A stretch of DNA of 64,000 nucleotides from positions 13,053-77,052 of the forward strand of contig CAVRPA010000004.1 in the NCBI GenBank assembly GCA_963723005.1. The letters run 5' to 3'. Position numbers and translations under genes: made by a program. Shown one piece after another: positions 50,330 through 61,173 of this stretch. This stretch comes from an uncultured Acidobacteriota bacterium (lineage in GTDB: Bacteria; Acidobacteriota; Vicinamibacteria; Vicinamibacterales; UBA2999). Under the pieces are notes generated by a model, which was not told the DNA's origin, did no database searches, and was given only the letters and a program-made list of their open reading frames with translations. Within the stretch, counting starts at the first letter, position 1, and each line of letters starts with the position of its first letter.

Positions 50330-51926
50330 ATGACTCGACGAGACGTTCTCCGTTCGCTGCTGACCGCCGCCGGCTCCGGCCTTGCCGGCGCGCGGCCAGC
50401 AGGTGCCGCCGTCCGCGACCGGTGGGTGGACGGCACAGGACTCGCCCGTCGCGATCACGACCAGCGGCCGCGTCCGCGGATACCTGGACAACGGCATCGC
50501 TGCGTTCAAGGGCATCCGCTACGGAGCCGACACGGCCACGCGTCGCTTCCTGCCTCCCGTTGCACCGGAGCCGTGGTCCGGCGTCCGCGACGCCACGGCG
50601 TTCGGACCCATCGCGCCGCAACCGACGGGCAGCGACTGGGTGTTGGGCGAAGACTGCCTGCACGTGAACGTGTGGACGCCGCGCCTGGCCGACGGCGCCC
50701 GCCGGCCGGTGCTGGTGTGGTTCCACCCCGGCGCGTTCTCCAGTGACACCAGCAACCGGATCGAAACCGACGGCGCGCGGCTTGCGCGTCGCGGCGATGT
50801 GGTGGTCATCACCGTCAATCACCGGTTGAACGCGTTCGGTCACCTCTATCTGGCGCCGTTTGGCGGCGCCGACCTCGCCGACTCGGGCAACGTCGGGATG
50901 ATGGACCTGGTCCTCGCGCTGCGATGGGTCCGCGACAATGCCGCGGCTTTTGGCGGCGACGCCGGCAACGTCACCATCTTCGGTCAGTCCGGCGGTGGCG
51001 CGAAGTGCGCCACGCTGATGGCGATGCCGTCCGCCGCCGGTCTCTTCCATCGCGTCTGGACGATGAGCGGGCAGCAGGTGACCGCCAGTCGGGTGACCAC
51101 CGCGACGACACATGCGCGGCAGTTGCTCGACGCGCTTGGCCTGCCGCCGGATCGTGTCGATCAGCTTCGCACGCTGCCGATGAAGAAGCTCATCGAGGTC
51201 AGCCGCAAGCCCGCGTACCTGGGTCCCGTCAAGGACGGCCGATCGCTGCCGCGCGATCCGTTCGATCCCGATGCGCCGCCGCAGTCGGCGCACATCCCGA
51301 TGGTGCTGGGCAACACCCACGACGAGACGCGCACGCTGATCGGCCGCGGCGATCCGTCGATCTTCTCGCTCACCTGGGAGACGCTGAAGGCGAAGCTGCA
51401 GACCAGCTCGCCGTTCATGGGGACGCTCGACCGCGGAGAGGTGATCGCCGCGTACCGGAAGATGTATCCCGAGTACTCGCCAGCCGACGTGTTCTTCGCC
51501 TCGACCACGGCGTCGCGCTCGTGGCGCGGCCAGGTGATCGAGGCCGAGCGGCGTGCCGAGAGCGCCGAGAGCGCGAAGCATACCTGGGTGTTTCAGTTCG
51601 ATTGGAAGACGCCGATCGACGAGGGTCGATGGGGCGCCCACCACGGGCTGGACGTCCCCATCGTCTTCGACAACGTCCCGCTCGCGCCGCACATGGTCGG
51701 CACGGGAGGCGATGCGCAAGCGGTGGCCGACCAGATGGCCGAGACGTGCCTGGCGTTCGCGCGCACCGGGCGGCCGGACAATCCGCGCATTCCCGCGTGG
51801 CCCGTCTACGATCTCAACCGGCGCGCGACGCTGGTGTTCGATCGCACGTCCTCGGTGGTGCTCGACCCTCGCGGCGGGGAACGCCGCTTGTTCAGTCCGG
51901 TACCTTATGTTCAGCCTGGCACGTAA
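50330..51926 (+). CDS. type-B carboxylesterase/lipase with Tat-like signal; one frame break near 50400
   Basis: [20 protein letters not shown] leader (ORF 50330..50746) joins ORF 50382..51926. Motifs: [16 protein letters not shown] and nucleophile elbow FGQSGGGAK. Confidence 0.8.
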
Positions 51927-53486
51927 GTTCGTGTTCACCGCCGGCGTCGTGGCGTTGGCGCGTGCTGGCCGGGCGCTCCCGCTCCGCGGGCGCAGGCGCC
52001 CGATCGCGCCCGCATCCTCGAGACGATGAAGCGCGCCACCACCTTCATGACCGAGAAGGTGAGCACGCAGGGCGGATACGTGTGGGCGTATCTGCCCGAC
52101 CTGTCGCGCCGGTGGGGCGAGCTCGAGGCGCGCGACACGCAGATCTGGATCCAGCCGCCGGGCACGCCGACGATGGGGCATCTGTTCCTGGACGCGTATC
52201 ACGCCACCGGCGACGACTACTACTATCAGGCCGCCGAGAAGGTGGCGGGCGCGCTCATCTGGGGCCAGCACCCGTCCGGTGGCTGGAACTACATGGTGGA
52301 CTTCGGCGGCGATCGCTCGCTCGTCGATTGGTACGACACCATCGGCAAGAACGCCTGGCGCATGGAGGAGTTCCAGCACTACTGGGGCAACGCCACCTTC
52401 GACGATGGCGGCACGGCCGAGGCCTCGAAGTTCCTGCTCCGCATGTACGTGGAGAAGCGCGATCCGAAGTTCAAGCCCGCGCTCGACCGCGCCATCGCCT
52501 TTGTCATCGACAGTCAGTACCCGATCGGCGCCTGGCCGCAGCGCTATCCGCTGATGAGCGAGTTCTCGCATCACGGCAAACCCGACTACACGTCGTATCT
52601 CACCTTCAACGACGACGTCGCGGGCGAGAACATCGACTTCCTGATCAAGAGCTACCAGGCCCTCGGCGATCGCCGGCTGCTCGACGCCATCACCCGCGGC
52701 ATGCACGCGTTCATCGTCACGCAGCAGGGGCAGCCGCAGCCGGGATGGGCGCTGCAGTACACGCCGGACCTGAAGCCGGTTGGCGCGCGGACCTACGAGC
52801 CCGACGCGCTGGTCACGCACACCTCGTCCCGCAACATCGAGCTGCTGATCGAGTTCTACCGGCTGACGGGCGACACGAAGTTCCTGGCCCGTGTGCCGGA
52901 GGCCATCGACTGGCTCGATCGCCTGACGCTGCCGGCCGGCGTGGCGCCGCGCGGCCGCTCGCACCCCACGTTCATCGAGATCGGCACCAACAAGCCGCTC
53001 TACGTGCACCGCGAGGGCTCGAACGTGGTGAACGGACGCTACTTCGCCAACTACGACTCCGCGAACACCCTTGCGCACTACAGCGCGTTCCGCGCGGTGG
53101 ACGTAGCCGACTTGCGGAAGCGGTATGCAGACGCGAAGTCCGCCTCGCCGGCGGAGCTGGCAAAGCAGTCGCCGTTGTCGCCCGGGCCAGGGCTCACGCC
53201 GCTGCCGCGGCTGTTCGCGGTGGATACCGGCGCGAAGGACTCCGCGGAGAGCGTGATCGCGGCGCTCAACAAGGACGGCTACTGGCTGGCGCCGCTCGGC
53301 TACAACAGTCATCCCTACAAGGGCGACGGACCGAAGACCGCCCCGCCGGGAGATTTCTCGCGCACGCACGTGGGCGACGAGACCGACACCTCGCCCTATC
53401 CCGACGACAAGCTGATGGGCATCTCGGTCGCGGCGTACGTCCGCAACATGAGCGTGCTCATCCGTCAGCTCGAATCCTCACACTGA
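51907..53486 (+). CDS. PelA/Pel-15E (PL10-like) pectate lyase; one frame break in the signal-peptide region
   Basis: [18 protein letters not shown] leader (frame of ORF 51553..52029) then ORF 52026..53486. [18 protein letters not shown] and [13 protein letters not shown] resemble the (alpha/alpha)-toroid pectic acid lyase signature. The family call rests on remembered motifs only. Confidence 0.65.
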
Positions 53487-53501
53487 GACAGTCATGACGC
53501 C

Positions 53502-54261
53502 GTGGCTGCTCTCCGTCGGTGCGTGGCCTCGCGGCGGCACGGCTCCTGGCCGTCGCGCGTGCTGGTGAGCGCCGCGGTGGCGCTGGTGGCCACGGAACCA
53601 GCGGCGATCGCGCCGGTGGCGGTGGCGCGGGTTGCGGGCGAGCAGACAACGGCATCGGCGCCGTCGAGTGTCGTGTGGCGGATGGATCGCCTCGACACGG
53701 TCGGCGGTCATCCCGTGAAGGTGGTCGGCGCCCCTCGCGTGGTCGAAGTGAACGGTGAGCGCGTGGTGGAGTTCGACGGCGCGCACGACGGACTGGTGGT
53801 TGGCGTCAACCCGCTGGCCGGGCTCGCGCGGTTCACCATCGAGGTGGTCTTCGAGCCGGCCATCGACGGACCCGAGGAGCAGCGCTTCCTGCACGTGGAG
53901 GAGTCGGGCACCGGCAACCGCGCGCTGATCGAGCTGAGGATGCTGCCGGGCGCGAAGTGGTGCCTCGACACCTACCTTCGTCACGGCGAAGTCGAGCCTG
54001 ACGCTGATCGATCGCGACCGCACGCACTCCGCCGGGCAATGGCACGTGGCAGCGCTCACCTTCGACGGCAAGACGATGACCCATTACGTGGATCGCGAGC
54101 GCCAGGGCGGCGGCGCGGTGACGTTCCCTCCGATGAAGGACGGCCAGACCTCGATCGGCGTGCGCCAGAACATGGTGTCGTTCTTCAAGGGCCGCATCCG
54201 CCTCGTGCGATTCACGCCGGAGGCCCTGGCTCCCAACGCGTTGCTCGAGCCGCGCGGATGA
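53502..54261 (+). CDS. LamG-like (concanavalin A-type jelly-roll) domain protein; one frame break near 53990
   Basis: ORF 53502..54362 (…FDGAHDGLVVGVNPLAGLARFTIEVVFEP…) continues in ORF 54046..54261 (WHVAALTFDGKTMTHYVD…FKGRIRLVRF), the typical Laminin_G_3 layout. The start codon is uncertain. Confidence 0.55.
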
Positions 54262-54358
54262 CAGTCCGAATCGCCGCCACCTCGCTCGTAGCGCGCGCGA
54301 GGAGCCGAGTCGCCGCGGTGGTGGCGGGCGGATTCTGGCGACGCTCCTTTCGCCGGTC

Positions 54359-55243
54359 GTGATGGCCGGCCAGCCGGCGACCCATGAGAGCCTGGCGCCC
54401 CCGCAATCGCGCGTGATTCCGCTGTGGCCCGAGGGCGTGCCGGGCGCGAAGCCAAACGGCGGCGTCGAGCGCCTCGAGGACGGTCGCGTCTACAACGTCC
54501 AGTCGCCCACGCTCACTTATTATCCGCCTGCCGATGGCACCAGTGTCGGCACCGCGGTGATTGTGTGTCCCGGCGGCGGCTATGCCCGGCTGGCCATGAC
54601 CAACGAGGCCGCCGGCGCGGTGCGCGTGCTTCAGCCGCTGGGTGTGGCCACCTTCGTGCTGAAGTACCGGCTCGTCGAGTACGGACACCCGGCGCCGCTG
54701 CAGGACATCCTTCGCGCGGTGCGGATGGTCCGATCGCGCGCCGACGAGTTCGGCGTGAAGCCGGATCGCATCGGCATCTTCGGCGCGTCGGCCGGCGGCC
54801 ACGTCGCGGCCGGCGCCGCCACGATGTTCGATGCGAAGGAAGGGCAGACGGGGGCGGCGATGGACGCCATCAGCGCGCGGCCCGACTTCGTGGCGCTGCT
54901 CTATCCCGTCATCACCATGCGCGAGCCGTTTGCGCATGCGGACTCGCGCCGCAACCTGCTCGGCGCCGCGCCGAGCGAAGCCGTGGCGTCACGCATGTCG
55001 ATGGAGAGCCAGGTGCGCCCCGACATGCCACCGGTGTTCGTCGTGCACACCGCGGAGGACAAGAGCGTGCCGCTCGAGAACAGCGTGCAGTTCGTCGACG
55101 CGCTCCGGCGCGCGCGGGTGCCGGTCGAGGCGCACTTCTACGAGCGCGGCGCGCACGGCTTCGGCATGTCGCCGGACCTGGGCACCACGTCTGGCTGGGT
55201 GGCGCGATTCACGGAATGGATGAAGGCGCATGGCTGGATCTGA
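54359..55243 (+). CDS. alpha/beta-hydrolase esterase (carbohydrate acetylesterase-like)
   Basis: Intact 294 aa. VIVCPGGGY oxyanion region, nucleophile GIFGASAGGH, and HTAEDKSVP / GAHGF acid/His regions. Confidence 0.8.
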   Translation: MMAGQPATHESLAPPQSRVIPLWPEGVPGAKPNGGVERLEDGRVYNVQSPTLTYYPPADGTSVGTAVIVCPGGGYARLAMTNEAAGAVRVLQPLGVATFVLKYRLVEYGHPAPLQDILRAVRMVRSRADEFGVKPDRIGIFGASAGGHVAAGAATMFDAKEGQTGAAMDAISARPDFVALLYPVITMREPFAHADSRRNLLGAAPSEAVASRMSMESQVRPDMPPVFVVHTAEDKSVPLENSVQFVDALRRARVPVEAHFYERGAHGFGMSPDLGTTSGWVARFTEWMKAHGWI

Positions 55244-56831
55244 GACGAACGGCGCTGCGTGTGCTGGTCCTGCTGCTTGGTGTGCTGACGGTGACGGTCG
55301 GCATCTCCGGCCGCTCGCCGGCAACCGTTCAGAGCACCGCGCCGGTTGCCTGGGCGCGCGGCATCGAGGGACAGCGCAAGGCCGACCTTGGTGACGGCAC
55401 CTATCTCAATCCGATCCTTGCGGGCGATCACCCCGACCCGTCGATCCTGAAGGACGGCGACACCTACTACATGACGTTCTCGTCCTTCGACGCCTATCCC
55501 GGCCTGGTGATCTGGCAGTCGCGCGACCTCGTCAACTGGCAGCCGGTCGGCCCCAGCCTGTTCAAGAACGTCGGCTCGGTGTGGGCGCCGGATCTCGTGA
55601 AGCACGGCTCGCGCTACTACATCTACTTCCCGGGCGTTGGGCCGTATCGATCCAACTACGTGATCTGGGCCGACAGCATTCGCGGTCCCTGGAGCGAGCC
55701 GATCGATCTGAAGGTGGGGCAGATCGATCCCGGTCACGCCGTCGGCCCCGACGGCCGCCGCTATCTGTTCCTCAGCGCCGGACAAGTGGTGCCGCTGGCC
55801 GACGATGGGCTGTCGGTGACGGAAAAGCCGCGCAAGGTCTACGACGGCTGGAAGTTCCCGGACGACTGGGTGGTCGAGGGCTTCGCGCAGGAGGGCCCGA
55901 AGATCCTGAAGCGCGGCGACTACTACCACATGGTGCTGGCCGAAGGCGGCACCGCCGGTCCGCCCACCGGGCACATGATCGTCTCGGCGCGCTCGAAGTC
56001 GATCGACGGCCCGTGGGAGAACTCGCCCCACAACCCGATCGTCCGCACGCAGTCCGGCGCCGAGCGCTGGTGGTCCAAGGGACACGGCACGCTCGTCGAA
56101 GGCCCCGACGGCGGCTGGTTCATGGTCTATCACGCCTACGAGAACGGCTACCTGACGCTCGGCCGTCAGACGATGCTCGAGCCGATCGAGTGGACCGACG
56201 ATGGCTGGTTCCGGACCGCGGGCAGCGATCCGGCCAAGCCGATCAAGATGCCGGCGCGCTCCGCGGGGCCGCACGGCATGGCCTTCTCGGACGATTTCAC
56301 CACCGACCGCATGGGCATCCAGTGGAGCTTCTACAAGGGCTCCACCGATGACCGCGCGCGCTATCGCTACGAGAACGGGACGCTGGTGCTGAAGGCGAAA
56401 GGCGCCCGCCGGCCGACGCGTCGCCGCTGTGGTTCGTCAACGGCGACCAGGCCTACGAGATCGAAGTCGAGATCGACGCCGATCCCGGCGCCAGCGCGGG
56501 CCTGCTGCTCTTCTACAGCAGCCGGCTGTACGCGGGCCTCGGCTTCTCGGCGAAGAACTTCTTCATGCACAGCTATGGCCTGGACCGTCCGCAGGGCAAG
56601 CCGCCCGACATCGGCCAGCGGCTCCACATCCGCCTTCGCAACGACCATCACATCGTCACCATGCACTACAGCCCGGATGGCCAGACGTGGCGGAAGTACG
56701 ACCGTGGGATGGAACTGTCGGGCTATCACCACAACGTGGCGTACGAGTTCCTGAGCTTGCGCCCGGCTCTGTACGCGGCCGGCACCGGCGAGGTGCGCTT
56801 CCGCGGGTTCAAGTACCGGGCGCTGCCGTAG
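55216..56831 (+). CDS. GH43 glycoside hydrolase (beta-xylosidase/arabinofuranosidase type) with C-terminal ConA-like domain; one frame break near 56405
   Basis: GDHPDPSILKDGDTYYMTFSSF, WAPDLVKHGSRYYIYF, EGPKILKRGDYYHM and GHGTLVEGPDGGWFMVYHA. ORF 54424..56754 joins ORF 56565..56831. The start overlaps the upstream gene end. Confidence 0.85.
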
Positions 56832-56833
56832 GC

Positions 56834-56996
56834 ACTAGGCTTCAGGGTCTAGGCTTAGGCCTCGGGTTCTAGGGTTCTAGGGTTCTAGAGTTCTAGGGTC
56901 CCAAGTCCCCAGATCCCCCGATCCCCCGATCCCCAATCCCCCGATCCCCGATCCCCGATCCCCGATCCCCGATCCCTGATCCTGATCCCCGATTTA
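56834..56996. repeat. largest composite 7-nt array: G-rich block (GGCTTAG/GGGTTCT), then C-rich block (GATCCCC x about 12)
   Basis: ctaggcttcagggtctaggcttaggcctcgggttctagggttctagggttctagagttctaggg, then tcccaagtccccagatcccccgatcccccgatccccaatcccccgatccccgatccccgatccccgatccccgatccctgatcctgatccccgat. It starts 3 nt after the stop at 56831. Confidence 0.95.
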
Positions 56997-57099
56997 GGCG
57001 CACAATCGGGCGATGCGCCTGATGACCCTGCTCTGCGCGATCTGTACTGCCGTGCTCATCAGTGCGGATTACACCCCTCTGGAAGGACGGGAGGTCACC

Positions 57100-57488
57100 A
57101 TGCAGGCTGCTGCTTCTTCCCCGACGATGGCTGTCGGACTTCGATGCGCTGGGCAGGCTGAACGAGGCCTACATCGACGCGGTGCGCCGCGCCGACGCGG
57201 TGGGTTTCGAGTCGCTGCTCGCGGCCGATTTCCTGTGCACGATGGCGGATGGCTCGTTCCTGGATCGCGCGCAGTTCCTCACGGCGTCGCAAAGGCGGCA
57301 AAGCTGCCATCGCTGCAGGCGCACGACGTCAACATCCGCATCATGGGCGACGTCGCCATCATCCACGCGCAGCACGACGTTCGAGCTTGGGTGATGGCAT
57401 GCCGAGGACCGGCCGCTATACCGACATCTGGGCAAAGCGGGATGGCCGGTGGCAGGCGGTGGCCGCGCACGTCACCAGAAGACAGTAA
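57100..57488 (+). pseudogene. SnoaL/DUF4440-like NTF2-fold protein, frame-disrupted (about 3 breaks)
   Basis: GGAGG lies before the ATG at 57100. Segments WLSDFDALGRLNEAYIDAVRRADAVGFESLLAADFLCTMADGSFLDRAQFL, AKLPSLQAHDVNIRIMGDVAIIHA and GRYTDIWAKRDGRWQAVAAHVT lie in three frames (ORFs 57062..57394, 57013.., 57249..57488). Confidence 0.6.
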
Positions 57489-57567
57489 TCAGGGGTCAGG
57501 GATCAGGGATCAGGAGTCAGGGATCAGGAAGCAGGCTCAAGACCTCAAGACCCAAGACTCAAGACTT
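57489..57567. repeat. composite 7-nt arrays (GGGATCA block, then CTCAAGA/CCCAAGA block)
   Basis: atcaggggtcagggatcagggatcaggagtcagggatcaggaagcagg, then ctcaagacctcaagacccaagactcaagactt, between convergent stops at 57488 and 57577. Confidence 0.95.
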
Positions 57568-57576
57568 CCTCGAGCG

Positions 57577-60263
57577 TCAGCGAAAGTTCTCGACCAGCAT
57601 CAACTCGTCTACCGACGAGTCGATCCGCGAGAAGAAAACCGTACGGCCGTCCGGGGTCGCGGTCAGCCCGCTGTTGACCGTGCCAAGGTTGGACACGATG
57701 GTTGTCGATTGCCCAGTGGAGAAATCGTAGTAACGCAGCCGCGTCTCGCCCACCTGCCGCTCCGCGTAGTAGCCGCCCGATTCTCCCGACACGCGATCGA
57801 TGTAATAGAGCCCGCCCTCGACGACGTCGAACGCGCCGAGCACCGCCGCGTCCAGCAGCTTGACCGGGGTGCCGCCGGGCAACGGCAGGCGCCACAACGG
57901 GCTCGGCCGATCCCCCGCCTCGACGTAGAACAGGCTGCGGCCATCGCGCGACTCCACGGAGATCGATCCGGGACCCGGCGTGACCTGCACGGCCTGGCCG
58001 CCGGCCAGCGGCATCTTCCAGATTCGGGCTCTCGCGATTGCTGGCCACGCTGTAATAGAGCCACTGCCCGTCGCGGGAGAACGTCGGAAATGCGGCGTTC
58101 GGCGCCTCGCTCGTCAGCACCTGCAGCCGGCCGCCGCCCGCCGGCACCGTCAGGGCGTCGGCCCGCCCGTTCGGATCGCTGTGGAACGCGATCCGCGTGC
58201 CGTCCGGCGACCAGCGCGGGAAGCCTGGAGCGCGCGCCAGCGTGGTCAGCTGAATCGCGTTCGATCCATCCGGCGCGGCCGCCCACACCTCGGTACTCAC
58301 CCGAGCGATTGGACATGAACGCCAACCGGCTGCCGTCGGCGGAGAGGCTGGGCAGGTTCTCGAATCGTGGGGTGGCGATGGCCGCGACCGGAGGCGACAA
58401 CGCCGGGGCGCCGGCCGCCGGGAGGTCGACCCTCCAGATGTTGCCATCCGAGAAACTCCGCACGTAGACCAACCGCTGCCGCCCGTCCGGCGTGCGAGAG
58501 ACGATCGGTCCGGTGCCGTCCTGGCCGACAAACGGCAGGCGAGTGGGCGTGCCCCCGCTCGCGGTGTCGAGCCGCCACAGCGCGCCTCTCTCGCTGAACA
58601 GGATCTCGCGGCTGTCGGGCATCCAGACCGCCTTGCCCGCCAGCACCGACGGTGTCAGTCGTACTGGTTCACCGTCGGCCATCACCTTTCCAGTCAGAGC
58701 GAGGCGGTGGAACTCACCAGTGAACGGCGTGGTGTCGCGGCGGAAGATCAGCGACCGGCCGTCGGGAGAAACCGCCGGGTCCACGTCGGCCATCATGGCC
58801 TGTCCCGAGGTTGTCAGGCGCGGGTGCGTCAGCTGGCGCTTCTCTCCTGAATCGAGCGCGATCACGAACACCGCGTCCGGCGTGCCGTCACCGGGGGAGT
58901 CGGTGGCCAGCAGGCATGTGGAGTCGGGGCACCAGCTGACCGACTGCGGTCGATATACCGCCGTCGCCGGCGCAATGTCAGCGACCTTGCGCTCTGTCCC
59001 GCCAAGCGGGGGAATCGTCCGCAGCTCGCTCGTCAACGAGCCAGGCGCGCGCCGCAGGAACGCAATCAGGCGGCCGTCGGGGGACCAGCTCGGGCTGAAG
59101 TCGTTGCCCGGATCGGTAGTCAGGCGGATGTGAGAGCCCGCGCCGACCTGCTGCACGTAGAGATCCGGGTTGTCACGTGTGACGCCGGTCCACGTGAAGA
59201 CCACATGGTTGCCATCGGGAGACAACGATGGGTAGCGCACGAAGCCCGACAGCGACGTCAACGGCACCGCCTGCGTCGGCTCGCCCGCCAGCGACGCGCG
59301 CCACCATCGTGTACCGGCAAAGCCGGCGGCAATCACGACCATCGCCAGCAATGGAACCCAGGCCCATCGCCGCAGCGGGGTTGGTGTGCGAACCGGCACC
59401 TGCGCGGGGATCGCGGCGCTCGATTCAATCACCAGGTCCTCGAGCGCCACCTTCAGGTCGGCCATCGTCTGATAGCGGCGCGCGGGATCCTTCCGCAGGC
59501 AGCGCAGGATCGACTTCTCGACGTCGGGAGGCAGCGTCGTGACGATGCGGCTTGGCGGCGTCGGCTCCTCGTTGAGGATCTTCGCCAGCACCGAAAGACT
59601 GGAGCCGCCGCTGAACGCCGGGCGGCCGGTCACCATCTCGTAGAGCACGGCACCGAAGCTGAAGATGTCGGAGCGGCTATCGAGCTTGCGGCCTTCGGCC
59701 TGCTCGGGCGACATGTAGTTCGGTGTGCCGACGGTAATTCCCTGCTCGGTGGCCGCCGCGATCGTCGTCGAGGCCGACGGCTCCACGCTTTCGAGCAGCT
59801 TGGCCATGCCGAAGTCGAGAATCTTGACGCTGCCGGTCTCGGTGATCATCACGTTCGCCGGCTTCAGATCGCGATGGATGATGCCGGCTTCGTGCGCTCT
59901 CGCCAGCGCGTCGGCGATCTCAATCGCGTAGGTCAGCGCCTGTCGCAGCGGCAAGCCGTGCGCCGGCAGCGCCTCCGCCAGCGTCGTGCCGCCGAGGAGC
60001 TCCATCACGATGAAGTCGGTGCCGCCGTCGGACCCGATGTCGTGAATGGTGACGATGTGCGGGTGGTTGAGGGCGCTGGCGGCTTTCGCTTCCTGAACGA
60101 AGCGTCGCTTCTTCTCGGGATCGGCAACGCTGTCCGGGGGCAGGATCTTGATCGCCACGGAGCGCCCAAGCTGCGCGTCACGGGCCTTGAACACGATGCC
60201 CATGCCGCCTTCGCCGAGCTTCGATTCGATGACGTAGCGCCCGAGCGACTGACCGATCATCAA
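57577..60263 (-). pseudogene. Ser/Thr protein kinase fused to TolB-like WD40 beta-propeller repeats, frame-disrupted (2 breaks)
   Basis: Kinase GEGGMGIVFKA, HRDLKPANVMI, DFGMA, SPEQ. TM segment WAWVPLLAMVVIAAGFAG. Repeated SPDG..I.F blades (LSPDGNHVVF, WSPDGRLIAF, VSPDGRSLIF, LSADGSRLAF, WSPDGTRIAF, FSRDGQWLYY). ORFs 57663..60263, 57545..58531 and 57577..58014 join near 58300 and 58020. Confidence 0.85.
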
Positions 60264-60468
60264 GCCCCCTGGCGCATCATCTACCTTTTTGGCTCATACC
60301 GCACTGCCGACTCCCCGCTTAGGAGGAAACCAGAGGTTTCAGTGCGGACCGTACTCCACAGTGCTTTCTGCTGCATTTCCCGACGCGCGTGTGCCCCTCT
60401 GTTTTCACTTCATTTGCCCGTTTTTGCCCATACCTAGAGGCACCGACAGTTCTTCCGCAGATAGCCGC

Positions 60469-60855
60469 ATGTCAGGCCGAAGCAGTGAGTTAGCCTCTAG
60501 CGTGGACATGTCGCGCGCAATCCCGATCTTCTGTACACCGGTACTGATCGCATGGGTGTGGACCGTCTGGCTTCGCGGAGGCAAAGAAACCCGTTCAGGA
60601 TGGCGCCGCAAGGCTGTAGGTATCGCTGCGCTCGGATTGTCCGGCTGCGCGGGCCTCTACTACACGGGTTTGTTGTTATTCCTCTTCGCCGGTCGTGAGG
60701 CCTTGCCGGTGCGGGACACGGTTGGACTGGCCGCGGCGTATTTGTGGTTGGCAGGTGCCGTCGGCGCGGTTGTCGGCGTGGGGCCAGGACGCTTGTGGGT
60801 TGTTCTCGGATTGCTGATGGTCCCTTTCTTGTGGATACCGACCGTGTTCCTGTGA
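60469..60855 (+). CDS. hypothetical small membrane protein in a lower-GC patch
   Basis: ATG at 60469 in the frame of ORF 60289..60855. About four hydrophobic helices. No family recognised and the coding status is uncertain. Confidence 0.4.
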   Translation: MSGRSSELASSVDMSRAIPIFCTPVLIAWVWTVWLRGGKETRSGWRRKAVGIAALGLSGCAGLYYTGLLLFLFAGREALPVRDTVGLAAAYLWLAGAVGAVVGVGPGRLWVVLGLLMVPFLWIPTVFL

Positions 60856-61173
60856 CGGGCGGGCCGAGGTTGGTAGGACCATCTCTAGAGTTGTGAATCG
60901 ACTTCCACGGAGATGGCCCGAGGGTGTGAATACCCACCACGCCTCGTCTGGTGGGGATGGTTGGTTTGCGGCGCAATACCCGGCATGTCCGCGTCTAGGA
61001 ATGGTACCTCCCGCCCTTGCGTTTGCTCCTCATTACTCGCTTTTTGCCCATGCCCCGATCGAAGCGCGCTGAAGCTCCGCGAGCCAACCGTTCGCTGGTC
61101 CGGACTTGCGCCACCCGCAGCGGCGATCCCGAGGTTGCTGGTGTCATCACAAAACCCGCTCCTTTTCGCGCTG

